A stretch of DNA of 63,693 nt, counting the filler, from Barthelona sp. PAP020 (Eukaryota), in NCBI GenBank assembly GCA_040182905.1. It is 4 parts of 4 records of this genome, joined end to end, with 100 filler letters (N's around TTAATTAATTAA, not from the genome) between each part and the next. Parts side by side here need not be neighbours in the genome. Positions count along the whole stretch, not along the records: positions 31,939 to 47,776 come from JARQWU010000272.1; 3 more parts are not named here. One strand, written 5' to 3'. Within the stretch, counting starts at the first letter, position 1. Every line of letters starts with the position of its first letter. Under the pieces are notes generated by a model, which was not told where the DNA came from, searched no databases, and was given only the letters and a program-made list of their open reading frames with translations. Shown piece after piece: positions 32,201 to 43,381 of the stretch. The position numbers and the translations under genes are program-made.

Positions 32201-32753
32201 GCCAAAAGAATTTCAATTCGTCTTAAACTTACTAAAGTTAAAGATATTTGAAAGATTTGATGATATTATTCATATTTTGTTGTTGTCATTTCTTTTCCTT
32301 CTCTTACTGTAAATTAGCCATTTATTTATTTGTTTATTTATTTTGAACACTCTTTCATTTCCATTTAAAATTTCAAAAAACCATAAATTCATGCAATTAG
32401 TTTATTAATTTTGAATTTTTATCTGTAAAACTTGATCATTCTCAGGGCAACAAAATTATTAACAAAAGTAGGGATTTATTTTCTTTTAAAGAAGAATAAT
32501 CCAATAAAAGTAGTAACCATCCTAATGTGGATAAACGCTGAAGAAAAAATTGTCCAAAATTGACATAGCAAAATTTGACAATCCTAAAATTCTTTCCATA
32601 TTCCTTCAAATACTTTTGTTTATTTTGAATTAAAATTATTTAGTTTATACATATTTAATAAAGATAATCAATATAAAATAAAGAAAAGTTTTACGAATCT
32701 TTAAGAATGTTTAAAAGAAGAACATTTTTTTTAATTAGTTATCATGTCTTATT

Positions 32754-34718
32754 ATGAAGATACTTCTTTATGAAAAGAAGCATGATGAATGGAATGAAGT
32801 TGATGATTTTTTTGTTGAATTTGATGACAATTTTCGATTATTGTTGTTAATATCTTGTGAAAATAATGTAGACTTAGATGAGACTCAAGATATTGTACAT
32901 AGAATCGATATTAACCTGATGAATTTCTCTATTTATCAAACAACGGCATTATCTTTTGGTAATTTTCATACTGGTCAAAGAATTATGAATTTTGTGAGTG
33001 AACAAGATTTATCCATAGTCTTAAAAAAGATATTGACAATTCAAGGTGTTATACCTCATGATCTTCCTGAATGTTGTTATTCTGGATTGGAAGAATTTCA
33101 TTCTTTTGTTGAGATGATTGATGATTCTAGGGTTGCGTTTATTTTAGCCTTTGAGAATGATGGAAATCTATTTAATCGAATGTATTCTATATATACCATA
33201 GCAAAGAGAATGGGAGATTCTGAAAAAATTCAAATGATTATTGATTTGATATTTTTTTTTATTGGAACACAAAATTATGAAATATTTAAATATTTACTGG
33301 TAAATTTTTGGGAGAAGCTAATAGATATGTTGAATTATTTGGAAAAGAAAGCCAATTTTTTGAAAGAATATGAATCTATGGAATATATTGCAGTTTTAGA
33401 TTTTCCTGCGGAGATTAGAAATGAAATTACATTTTTGAACAAAGTTGTGTTTTTGAGAGATCAAGTAACATTTGCCAGAGTTTCTGATGATATCATTTCA
33501 TTTTTTGATAATTCTGTGGCCAAATCTTTTGTAACTATTTTTAGCAATGGTTTCTTTTTAGCAAATGATAATTTAGCCAAATTGTTAGTATTTAAGAATG
33601 ATTTCGCTACGGTACATAGATTGAAATTCATAATGAATGTTATTACTTGCTTTCCATTAACGACATTTGCTTCAATAGAAGATTGCAGATTGATTTCATC
33701 AACTTTGCTGAATAACATATTAGATTTGGGTTTTTTGGAAAAAATGCTTCTTTATTTTAATTCAACTGATATTAGTGCAGATATCGTTACATTATTACTT
33801 TCAATACAAATACAAATGAATATTATCATTCCGAAAAAGTTCAAAACTTTTATAAATTTAAATAATCTTCGAAATAAAAATAAAAACTTCTTTCAATCAA
33901 TCATTATTAAATTGATTTCTCTGAATGATGAAGCTTCATGGATAATCTTTAATCAATTATTCATTGAAATGTTTCAAAAATACTCAATTGTTGATGATTC
34001 ATTACAGATATTGATAGATGATTTTTGGTCCTCTTGTTTTTCAGGGATTGTTGATCAATTATTGAATGAACAATCTTCTTCAACCGAGCATTATTTGTTG
34101 ATGATAATTTATATTATTTTAGAATCTTCAGTAAGTAATGCTAGGAAAATTAAAGATCAAGTTCAGGAAAAGTTTTTATCTTTTCTCATTTCATCATTTG
34201 AATGTGAAACAACCAAATCGATAGTTCTTGTGCCAATTTGCAAAATATTTAATGTATTTTTAACTAAAAGATGGTTTATTGAACATCTTTTTGGGAAAAT
34301 TTTAGTTCGTTTACAATCTTGCCATTATGATATGGTTGAAGGAATTCTTTTATCCAAGATCATTGAATTACATTCAAAAAACGTTTCAATTGATCAAATG
34401 GGCTTGAATTCATATAAAACACAGTTGTTTAATCTTCAATATAAGGATAATTTCAATTCTTTAAGTCAATTGTTCAATGATCCATTTTTTAGTAATGTTA
34501 ATAATTTTCCTGCTGTTGATACTACTGATTTAGATTTTGACTACGATTCAGAATATCCTTCCATCGAATATGTTGATGATGTTTATGATTTCATTGGGGA
34601 AGAAATTCCTTCAGTAACCATTGATCCAAATGGTTTGTTGAGCAATAGAATTCGTGCGAGTTTGGTTGAAGACATAACCAAAAAAAGTCCTAAAGCAAAA
34701 GAACCTGAAAACCTTTAG
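32754..34718 (+). CDS. Divergent PP4 regulatory subunit 3 (SMEK/Psy2)-like protein
   Basis: EVH1-like start (KILLYE...EWNE) and SMK-1-like segment FLKEYESMEYIAVLDF.AEIRNEITFLNKVVFLRDQV, then helical repeats. Confidence 0.55.
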   Translation: MKILLYEKKHDEWNEVDDFFVEFDDNFRLLLLISCENNVDLDETQDIVHRIDINLMNFSIYQTTALSFGNFHTGQRIMNFVSEQDLSIVLKKILTIQGVIPHDLPECCYSGLEEFHSFVEMIDDSRVAFILAFENDGNLFNRMYSIYTIAKRMGDSEKIQMIIDLIFFFIGTQNYEIFKYLLVNFWEKLIDMLNYLEKKANFLKEYESMEYIAVLDFPAEIRNEITFLNKVVFLRDQVTFARVSDDIISFFDNSVAKSFVTIFSNGFFLANDNLAKLLVFKNDFATVHRLKFIMNVITCFPLTTFASIEDCRLISSTLLNNILDLGFLEKMLLYFNSTDISADIVTLLLSIQIQMNIIIPKKFKTFINLNNLRNKNKNFFQSIIIKLISLNDEASWIIFNQLFIEMFQKYSIVDDSLQILIDDFWSSCFSGIVDQLLNEQSSSTEHYLLMIIYIILESSVSNARKIKDQVQEKFLSFLISSFECETTKSIVLVPICKIFNVFLTKRWFIEHLFGKILVRLQSCHYDMVEGILLSKIIELHSKNVSIDQMGLNSYKTQLFNLQYKDNFNSLSQLFNDPFFSNVNNFPAVDTTDLDFDYDSEYPSIEYVDDVYDFIGEEIPSVTIDPNGLLSNRIRASLVEDITKKSPKAKEPENL

Positions 34719-35545
34719 ATTGATAGTGTTTTGTACTCTTTGTAATATAAATTAATTGTGCAATTGTCTTTTCTTTTTCTGTTTTTACTGTTCAAATATT
34801 CCCCATTAAAAAAGGGTTGTTTCAGCTTAATTATATTGTTATGATAAAATTTAAATATATTGAGAAAACAATTAAATCCCTTATGTTGCTGATTTATAAA
34901 TGAAAGAAAGAAAAGAGACATGAACTTCAAGTGTGTTTAAGCTGAAGTGTGACAAAAACTCCATTTGGCCACAAGAAAAGAATGTACCAAGTGACAAAAA
35001 TTTTTCAATCAGCTTTTGATGAGAAAAAATAATAATTTTGGAACTTTGAAATCCAAATTTCTCTCCAAGAAATGCAACAAAAAAACTCCATCAAAAATAA
35101 TTTATTGCAGTCCAAACAAAAAGTCAGTCACTTGTTTTTTGTTCTTAGCTTCAACATCTGAACAATAATTGGTAAAGTTGAGTCAGAAAACTAATATAGT
35201 AAACTTCAACTAAAACTCGACGGGGAATCGATGTATTACAATCTAAATTTGACGATGAAGCGAGAAAATATGGGAAAAATTTTCAGATCTCAGTTTATTG
35301 TATTTGACAAAAGCAAAATTTAAAGGTATTTTAAATTTCAATTTTGAAAAATTAAAAGTTTCAACAGTTCAATCGGCCCTTGAACGCGATAAACCAAATA
35401 AATACAATTTTTTCAAATTTTCTCATACTTAAAGTGCTTTAAAAGAATGAATCAACCAGATTCACAACAAACAACAAGAATTTTTTGCCAAAACTCTGGG
35501 CAAATAAAAAAGGTTTTCATATTGCATGTGATTGTATCAAATCAA

Positions 35546-36349
35546 TTAATTAGACAACGATGCCAGTATATATTGTTGGTCCTTGATAGCTTTTTGCAAA
35601 GCAGCAATTTCTCTAATTCTCCTTTGATAATACATATCATTTTGCAATGTCAAATAAGGAGCAATTCTATCGTTTAACTCTTGAACTTGTTTAGTCAGTC
35701 TTTCTTTCGTTTTATGCATTAATTCAACTAAATTTACAGCTGACTGAATCGAAGATTTTGAATATTGAGAATTTAACCATGAATATTTCAATTTACGAAT
35801 GTCATAAGATAATTTTGCCAATTTTAATGAGGTGTTTTGAAAATTTGATATTTCAAAATCTTTAATGACGCCTGTTGAAGTTTTTTCAAGTATTTTTTTT
35901 TGCAAATGATATGAATGGATCAATTTGTGAATTAACTCATATTTCTTGGATAAAATTTTCAATTTTAATTTGTTTTTATCCTCAACCATTTGAGTCTCTT
36001 TTGAAACCAACGTAGTAATGATATCTTTATTCACATTTAAAGTATTTGTTAATAGCAATGAATTGAGTTCTGTAAAAAGTTCATTAAAATTGTTATTAAA
36101 TTGGTTATACCATAATAATTTATCATTATGAGAAAGAGGATATATTTTATCAATGTCTTTTGAGGATAATCCATAAAATCTTGTTAATTCAGTGGTATCT
36201 TCAATTGTAGGAGAGCAATTAATGACTGAAGAAAGTAATGAAAGATGTGCTTTGTTTTTAAATTCATTAGAAACATCCTCTAAAGAATAAAATATCAATA
36301 ATTTTTTAATGTAATTGAATAGTATTTCTTGTTCGTACAGATTATTCAT
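35546..36349 (-). CDS. HAUS4: Augmin/HAUS subunit 4-like protein
   Basis: C-terminus KLKYSWLNSQYSKSSIQS...IAPYLTL...YQRRIREIAALQKAIKDQQYILASL parallels the HAUS4 C-terminus (ILSDTYT.E.V...L..YE.LG.EFD.LV.EY..L....ENK.W.L.E). Confidence 0.6.
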   Translation of the reverse strand: MNNLYEQEILFNYIKKLLIFYSLEDVSNEFKNKAHLSLLSSVINCSPTIEDTTELTRFYGLSSKDIDKIYPLSHNDKLLWYNQFNNNFNELFTELNSLLLTNTLNVNKDIITTLVSKETQMVEDKNKLKLKILSKKYELIHKLIHSYHLQKKILEKTSTGVIKDFEISNFQNTSLKLAKLSYDIRKLKYSWLNSQYSKSSIQSAVNLVELMHKTKERLTKQVQELNDRIAPYLTLQNDMYYQRRIREIAALQKAIKDQQYILASLSN

Positions 36350-36458
36350 TTCATGCTAATATATATGCAAATATGTAGTGGTGTATCATTTCAAAATAAA
36401 AAATAGATTGTGTAATCTTGACCAAAATTAATTTTTTGTTGTTATTGATTTTGTTGAA

Positions 36459-37727
36459 ATGACCGATCATTTTCGTCTTTTGTTAGCAAACAGTATGCAA
36501 TATGAGAATGATGATCAATTGATTCAAGGTTTCAAAAAAATTAATGATTACTTTGATAGCAATGAACATGCTTCCACTCTTTTTACATATGACCATGTTT
36601 CTAAGTATTTTGAATATATAGAGCAATATTTTACAAATATTGAAGTGATGAGAGTTGTTTTAACTCTTTTATCAAAAATTTCGGCTTCTGATGGTTGTAC
36701 TGAAGTTATTAAACCAGAATTTTTTGATTTTTTTATTCAGCATTCTCGTATTTTTAGATATAGTGATGTTCTGGGAGAATGTTTGTTTTTTGTTTTATCA
36801 AATTTATTTGGGGAAGGGAAGGAAATTTCTCAAAGATTTTGTTCTGAGGACTTAATTCGAAATATGGTTGAGTTTTTGTTAGTGACCAAAAAGAAAAGGA
36901 ATATTGACACAATATTATGGTGTATCTCTAATTTTTGTCGTAATGAATTCAATACTTCAAATTTTGTTCTTATAGAAATGTGCATGGATGGCATTTTACC
37001 ATTTTTACTCTCAGATTCAGAGGAAGAAAAATATTTAACCCTTTGGACAATGCAATACTGTTTTCAACGAAGTTGTGATCAAAATATGTCAAAATACATG
37101 ACTAAGAATTTCATAGAAAATCTTTTTTTTATTATTGAAGAGAATTCAACCGAAAAGCTACTATCTCCAGCATTGAGAGTTATTGGAAACTATTTGTGTA
37201 ATTTGTCTGGTCGCAGTTTTTTGATCACTTGTCTTCATGATGATTTGAATATCTTCGACATGTTCGTCGATGTGTTTAAAAAATTGTATCAAAAAAAACA
37301 AAAAAGATTAATCAAAGAAATCATTTGGACTGTGTCTAATATTGTTTGTGAGGAGCCACTTCATCAATATTGTTTTTCAAATGAGCTTATGTCACTTATT
37401 TTGAATTATGGATTAGAAACTGAAGATGTTTCTGTTGAAATTGAAGTTACATTCGTTCTTGCAAATGCTATTCATGTGAAAACTGATTTTGCAGAAAAAT
37501 TTTTTGCTATTAATCTTTCCAAAATTCAAAATTTCATTCTCAAAGCATTTGTCTGTAGAAAAGTGCGCAATTTGCGTGTTCTTTTGGAACTCATATCAAA
37601 ATTAGAACGTCTCAACATGAATAATGACTTTATTATTCAACAAACTGCTTTTTGTTTGGAACATGAAGATGAAACAGTGAATAATTATGCCAAATTAATT
37701 TTAGATATCCATTCAAAGCATTGTTGA
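36459..37727 (+). CDS. Importin-alpha-like ARM-repeat protein without IBB domain
   Basis: ILWCISNFCR, LSPALRVIGN, IKEIIWTVSNI, EVTFVLAN are importin-alpha-type W/FxxxN ARM signatures; no basic N-terminal IBB. Confidence 0.72.
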   Translation: MTDHFRLLLANSMQYENDDQLIQGFKKINDYFDSNEHASTLFTYDHVSKYFEYIEQYFTNIEVMRVVLTLLSKISASDGCTEVIKPEFFDFFIQHSRIFRYSDVLGECLFFVLSNLFGEGKEISQRFCSEDLIRNMVEFLLVTKKKRNIDTILWCISNFCRNEFNTSNFVLIEMCMDGILPFLLSDSEEEKYLTLWTMQYCFQRSCDQNMSKYMTKNFIENLFFIIEENSTEKLLSPALRVIGNYLCNLSGRSFLITCLHDDLNIFDMFVDVFKKLYQKKQKRLIKEIIWTVSNIVCEEPLHQYCFSNELMSLILNYGLETEDVSVEIEVTFVLANAIHVKTDFAEKFFAINLSKIQNFILKAFVCRKVRNLRVLLELISKLERLNMNNDFIIQQTAFCLEHEDETVNNYAKLILDIHSKHC

Positions 37728-38411
37728 TTGTAAATATTTGCCATGTGATTTTAACGTTCATTGTTTGGATTTTCCATTATTTTTAAGCTGTTTAGAAGAC
37801 TTTTATTTGCTTTTTATCAAACCATATTGGAATTAGACTGCTTGATATTTTTTGAAATTGAAGATTGAGAAACTTTAGATGTCTTAGAAATGATAACTCG
37901 AAGACTAAATGCTAAATTCAAAATTTTTGGATTACTGGTTGGTTGTTTCTCCTCTTGGTACCCTTCTTTTGAAATTCACTCACCTTCGTCATAATTTTCA
38001 AATGATACCTATTTCTCAACTGTTATCTCAAATGTGCATTGTGTATATATGAGTCTTTCCTGTGAAAATATTTGTAAAGTCTTCAAACTTTGTTTTTTTT
38101 TCAAATTTATGAATTCAAACCATTGTCATTTTGAAAAAATGAGTTTTCCTTTGATCAAAAAAAGATTAAAAAGAAACCACTATTTCAGCATCAAAACGAA
38201 CCTAAAAGGATGTAACATGCTTTGCTTGTTCATTATCATGTCTTTTCAAACCAGTTTTATTCTCTTTATGGTCTTTTCTTATCAAAATAGAAGAGGATTC
38301 ATAATTTTTCATGTTTTTGTGATGAAAAACATGTAATAAATGTATGATATTCACTGTGTTCAATAATAAATGACATAGTTTTATTGTAAAATTTGGATTT
38401 AGACAAACAAA

Positions 38412-39425
38412 TCACTGATCTTCTATTTTTTTGTACAGAGCTAACAAATCTATCAAACCTGTTTTAAGATAATCAACAGAAATGTAATTCTTTGAAAGAT
38501 TGAGGAAAATATCATCATCTGCTCGAAAGATAAAATCATTTGCATGTAAAGAATTTTGCTCTTCAATAAAAACGAATTGACTATGAGCATCCTTGAGAAT
38601 ATCATCACCAAAATGAATAAAATGATCTCCTAATTGTTCTTTTAGCTTTGATAAACATCCAAAACTTTTAAAATCTTGAAATTTTTCATCTTTTTCAATT
38701 TGAAATTCACGATCATAGAACCAAAAGAAGGGTTTTCTCGCTCTAGCACAAATAACGGAAAAAATTGGAGGAAACTTTTCCACAACAGTTCTACATTGTA
38801 AAAATGGGGCATCAGTCACAATAACAATGGGTACAAACTGGCTTAATTCTTTGATTAAATCAAGCATTTGAAAAGTATAATCCCATTTAATTATATGGTC
38901 TAAATTATTTATATAATTAGAATAATAATTGCTGTCAGTGTAATAAAATTCTTTAGCAAATATTTCTTCAAATTTTTCAAAATATTCATTGGGTAAGGAC
39001 AATAAATTTCTGTGTGAATAGTAAAAAAGTTTGGAAAAAAAGAAAACTAAGCCTCGTTCAAAATTTGAACAACAAATGATGAAAGGACTTTGAAATCTTT
39101 TATCCAAATCAAAATTAAAAGAATTCGGATATAATTCATCAATTTCTTGCTGAGATAAAATTATATCTTGAACATAAGCTCGCTTTACCTTTTGTTTTTT
39201 GTCCAATTCTAGTATATATTTATTATTAACATCTAAAATAACACCATTACAAGCATCATTAGTCATACTCATATCAAATCTGAAATCAAGATTATCATCA
39301 ATGTCAACAATTTCTTTGGTTTGCTTCAATAAACAGTCAACAATAATTTGAAATAATTGGTCATTGTATTGAATTAATGTATGATCAACGTCAAAAGATA
39401 CAAAATCGTAATTGTTTTCAAACAT
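38412..39425 (-). CDS. HAD-family 5'-nucleotidase (NT5DC/cN-II-like)
   Basis: FDVDHTLIQY motif I, IVTD motif II, ARKPFFW motif III, HFGDDILKD motif IV. Confidence 0.82.
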   Translation of the reverse strand: MFENNYDFVSFDVDHTLIQYNDQLFQIIVDCLLKQTKEIVDIDDNLDFRFDMSMTNDACNGVILDVNNKYILELDKKQKVKRAYVQDIILSQQEIDELYPNSFNFDLDKRFQSPFIICCSNFERGLVFFFSKLFYYSHRNLLSLPNEYFEKFEEIFAKEFYYTDSNYYSNYINNLDHIIKWDYTFQMLDLIKELSQFVPIVIVTDAPFLQCRTVVEKFPPIFSVICARARKPFFWFYDREFQIEKDEKFQDFKSFGCLSKLKEQLGDHFIHFGDDILKDAHSQFVFIEEQNSLHANDFIFRADDDIFLNLSKNYISVDYLKTGLIDLLALYKKIEDQ

Positions 39426-39904
39426 TTAACAATACAAGAAAAAAGTAATAATTTATTCACATAGAAGTCTTTTTATCAAAAAAAAAAATGAAAAGAACAT
39501 TGTTTATACTACAAAAAGGTGTAAAGTTTCTTTTATATTGGGATCGGCTCAATAAAAAAAAAATTATTGCATAGACAAAAAAAGGAGAATCGTTTGAACC
39601 TGCATTCAAAATTGTTGATTTATTTCTTCCATTGATAAATTGAAATTGATTGACCAATTGAAATGAACAAAATTTTTCAGTGTATTATTATTATTTTGAA
39701 GCAAGTGTGGATTTTTTTTTGTTATTTCAATCATTTTTTATTGTTTTTATTTGAAATTGTTTGTCCCTTGACCCAAAGTTACGAAATGACTGAATTTTCG
39801 TTAAAAAGTGATGAACTATTTAATGCCAAAAACCTGAAAATAAAAGTTTCGCAAAAATCAACGTTTTGAAAAATAAATAATTTCTTCTTTTACATACAGA
39901 TAAA

Positions 39905-42900
39905 TTACAACAAATTTGGAATGTTAAAAACTTTTTTCGTTTTTTTCTTGATTTGCACCTGAAACACATCTTCTTCAAAAGGAACAAAAGAAAAAAAGTT
40001 ACGATGAATTGAATGAATATTCTTCGGATTTTGTAAATTGAAGATTGATCCAGGAATATTGAGAGTGTTTAAAATTAACAAACATTTTTCAAACTCTTCG
40101 GTATTCGATTGGACAAATCGATTCAATTTTTTAAAAGCAGAATTGTATGTTTTTTTGTAAATTGAAGCAAATTTCTGTGTTGCTAGTATCAACCCAACAT
40201 TTTCATCAAAAGCAATATTTTTCGCTCGGTAAATGGACAAACCATAACAAAAATAATTTATTCTATCTTCCGCAAAAATTCCAGTCGTAAAATCACCATA
40301 ATTAACAGCTGCCGTGTGTTTAATAACAAACAAATCATTCTTTTCATTAAACTCATCAATAATCTCAATAATACATGAAATACAATTCAATATTTGAGAA
40401 CATTTGTTAAATTCGATAAAATCTTCAGATCTTTCATCTCTTTCACATACTTTAGAAGGGTCTACATCTCCAATCAGTAAAATTTGATCATCCCTCCAGT
40501 CAATCATCGTTATTTCAGAAAATGCCACAATAACTTTTTCAATCTTCTCTAAAATTACTGAAAACAATTGATTCTTTTCAATATCAATGTCAATTTGTGT
40601 TTTGATTCTTTCTTCTTCTTTTCTCAAAGAACAATGTTTATTGAACTGTTTATGAGTACAGCGAAGGCTTACTAGAAATTCATTGCTGATAAAAATAAAT
40701 TTTAATTTAATAACAGCAACAACACCATCTCTATGATCCCATATCAACCCATGTCTGTCATTTCTTAACAATGCCTCTAATGCATATTGAGGAATGACTT
40801 GTCCAATTGTTCTGACACAATGATACACTTTTAAATAATAATTTTTAGTTTTACAAGTAAGATTTAGCCATATCTTGCAGAAAATAACGTATCTCAACAA
40901 TTGCGAAAATGTTGTGAAAACCAAAATAACTAAGAAATAATTCTTCCTCCAAAATCCAATGGTTATCATAGAAAATTGCCCCATAACAATGACTGCTACT
41001 GAAAATTTAAGACCTTCTTCAATAAAAAAATTGTTCACAGTAACAGAATTGGAGCAAACAATCCAAAATATTGTATGTTGATAAGAAAGCAAAAAAACAT
41101 TGGGAATTCTGTTTTTTCCAAAAAACAACAATTGCATCTCATTTGTGAGCGCATGAGACGCCAATACCTTTTGAGATACAAGAAAAAAAAACACAATAAA
41201 CACAACATACTTGAACAATTTCTGTTTGTCACGCTTTCCGACTTCTTCAAGAATATATGGTCCAAGCTTCACACTCATTATAAAATTGAACAAAAAACAA
41301 ATGGAAAGATTAGCCAAGTCAACGATAGACAAATTTGAATGATTAGCAAAGATTTTTACCATTGAAAATAACAATAACACTCTCAGCAAAATTACAATTT
41401 TATAATCTTTCTGCTGACCACTACTGAGAAAAGATATACTCTTTGCCCTTAACGTTTCAAGTGGTGATTCAAATGAATCAAAAGGTACCTTATCATAAGT
41501 TTCACTGACAGCAAACTCAGATCTATTGAACGGAAACGCTTTAAAAGTCTTCGAGATGGACATTTGATTTTTCAAATCCAGTCCAGATTTAAAACTTCTC
41601 TTTTTCAAATGGTGGACATTCAAAATGATATTTTCATCAAAATTAAACATTGAACAATGGAATTTAGGTTGTAAACAATAAAACAATGAGGGTTGAATAA
41701 AAATTTTTCGATTAAAAGATAATTTCGCCGATTTTCCAACATATGCAAGACGAATTGCTTCATTCATTCCTGTTCCCCATGAAAAAACCTTGTGGTTGGA
41801 ATGTCCCATTATTGTAACACACAAATATCCAACAGCGATACCAATTGATACATAATCATTACTTTCAAGAATCATACCACATAGTTTTGACATGTCATTC
41901 AATATCATTGCGAATTTTACCAAATCATTGATTTGCTTCTGTGTATCTTTTTCAAAGGTCTTGTTGTAATGATTTTTATTTCCTCCAAAAATACTGTTAT
42001 TTTCGCAGTCATTGATACAATCGTCTATACTTGTGATGGGATAATTCTTTTTTTTTTTCCCATGTGGATAATAAAAAGTATCAGTATCTGAAAAGGAATT
42101 ATTTGACACGGACATGTCCAATTCTTTAAGTTGTTTGACTTTAGGTGTGATTATGATAAGGTTGTCCATAACACGTAACTTTTCCATATCATATAATGCA
42201 ACCAACTTGTCAACAAACACAAAGTATTCCCTGTAAAACATTAGAAAGTCTGATCTATCAAAAATAGTCAAATTTACTTCATTAGATGGAACATAACAAC
42301 ATAACACCGGTACATCCTTGTAAATTTTGATTTTGTTCGAAAAACTAGTGGTTATATTCTTTTTAAAGTCAATCTCATCAAGAAACAACGCATATTTACA
42401 ATTCCATTTATCAGAAAACCCATAATAATCACTACCGAACACTTCAAAAATGAATTTTGGCAAAATTTTTAATCTCAATTCATGTGATATACTATCAACA
42501 ACCTTTAATTCATCAGTCATTTGAAAGAAGTATTCAATAACACGGCTTCTATACTTATTAATGGCAAAAAAAAAAGTTTGACTTACACTAATTGCAAAAT
42601 AAAGGGTAAACAATTCAAACATACTGCATTTCAATCCAAGAAAAAAATTAAAAGGTAAAAGAAGAATTGAAAACGACACGGCAATTAAGAAAATTACAAT
42701 TGAACCAAAAAGTAACTTTTTTACATTGCAATTTAGGAACTGGGTAATCATTGAGCTGATTATAAACATAAAAAGAAATAATAAATCAAAGGATTCATTA
42801 CTAAGCATTATATAGCAGTATGAGAAGAACATCAAAATAAAATGATATTTCATCATATTTCTCCCTTCATTTCTATTGATAAAAATTAGCAATTCTGTGA

Positions 42901-43084
42901 ATAAAATTGGAAGCAAAAAAATTAAATAAAGCCATTTATTTTTCGAAAAATACATTGTCCAAATTAATGATAAAACTTCAAACAAAGAGGAATATTTAAA
43001 ATAGGCTGCGCATATGTTTCTCGATTGTTCGATGGAGAAATTTTGAATATTTTTGGATTCTGTGGGATTCATTACATCTCGCAA
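39905..43084 (-). CDS. Transmembrane class III nucleotidyl-cyclase-like protein with two degenerate cyclase domains
   Basis: TM block - cyclase-like (MEKLRVMDN; IGIAVG...IMG...FSWG) - TM block - cyclase-like (AVNYGDFTTGIF..RINYFCYG); membrane adenylyl cyclase topology. Confidence 0.68.
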   Translation of the reverse strand: MRDVMNPTESKNIQNFSIEQSRNICAAYFKYSSLFEVLSLIWTMYFSKNKWLYLIFLLPILFTELLIFINRNEGRNMMKYHFILMFFSYCYIMLSNESFDLLFLFMFIISSMITQFLNCNVKKLLFGSIVIFLIAVSFSILLLPFNFFLGLKCSMFELFTLYFAISVSQTFFFAINKYRSRVIEYFFQMTDELKVVDSISHELRLKILPKFIFEVFGSDYYGFSDKWNCKYALFLDEIDFKKNITTSFSNKIKIYKDVPVLCCYVPSNEVNLTIFDRSDFLMFYREYFVFVDKLVALYDMEKLRVMDNLIIITPKVKQLKELDMSVSNNSFSDTDTFYYPHGKKKKNYPITSIDDCINDCENNSIFGGNKNHYNKTFEKDTQKQINDLVKFAMILNDMSKLCGMILESNDYVSIGIAVGYLCVTIMGHSNHKVFSWGTGMNEAIRLAYVGKSAKLSFNRKIFIQPSLFYCLQPKFHCSMFNFDENIILNVHHLKKRSFKSGLDLKNQMSISKTFKAFPFNRSEFAVSETYDKVPFDSFESPLETLRAKSISFLSSGQQKDYKIVILLRVLLLFSMVKIFANHSNLSIVDLANLSICFLFNFIMSVKLGPYILEEVGKRDKQKLFKYVVFIVFFFLVSQKVLASHALTNEMQLLFFGKNRIPNVFLLSYQHTIFWIVCSNSVTVNNFFIEEGLKFSVAVIVMGQFSMITIGFWRKNYFLVILVFTTFSQLLRYVIFCKIWLNLTCKTKNYYLKVYHCVRTIGQVIPQYALEALLRNDRHGLIWDHRDGVVAVIKLKFIFISNEFLVSLRCTHKQFNKHCSLRKEEERIKTQIDIDIEKNQLFSVILEKIEKVIVAFSEITMIDWRDDQILLIGDVDPSKVCERDERSEDFIEFNKCSQILNCISCIIEIIDEFNEKNDLFVIKHTAAVNYGDFTTGIFAEDRINYFCYGLSIYRAKNIAFDENVGLILATQKFASIYKKTYNSAFKKLNRFVQSNTEEFEKCLLILNTLNIPGSIFNLQNPKNIHSIHRNFFSFVPFEEDVFQVQIKKKTKKVFNIPNLL

Positions 43085-43381
43085 AAATTTGATATTATAT
43101 ATTCATAAATAAATCAAATAAAACCATTAAATTCGAAGTTGATAATTATTTTGTCAACAGTAGAATTTCTTTTTTTAATCATTATTTTGCTGATTATATA
43201 TTTCAGCTATTATGAATTATACAATTTAATTAAGGTGAAAAATTCGCAGTTGAACAAAATTAAAAATAACCCAAAATTCAAATTGATTTTTTATCAAAAA
43301 TATCAAATATTTGTCCATATATTGAGTGAATTTATATTTTTAACGTGATTATTATAAGTATAATAGATAATTTTAAATATT

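Noticed and set aside
35215..35235. TCGATTCCCCGTCG (minus strand) resembling a tRNA T-arm
   Set aside because: No GGTTC, D-arm or cloverleaf around it.
38040..38100. Similarity to 55140-55195 around TGAAAATATTTGTAAA
   Set aside because: Short AT-rich match; not enough to call a repeat family by eye.
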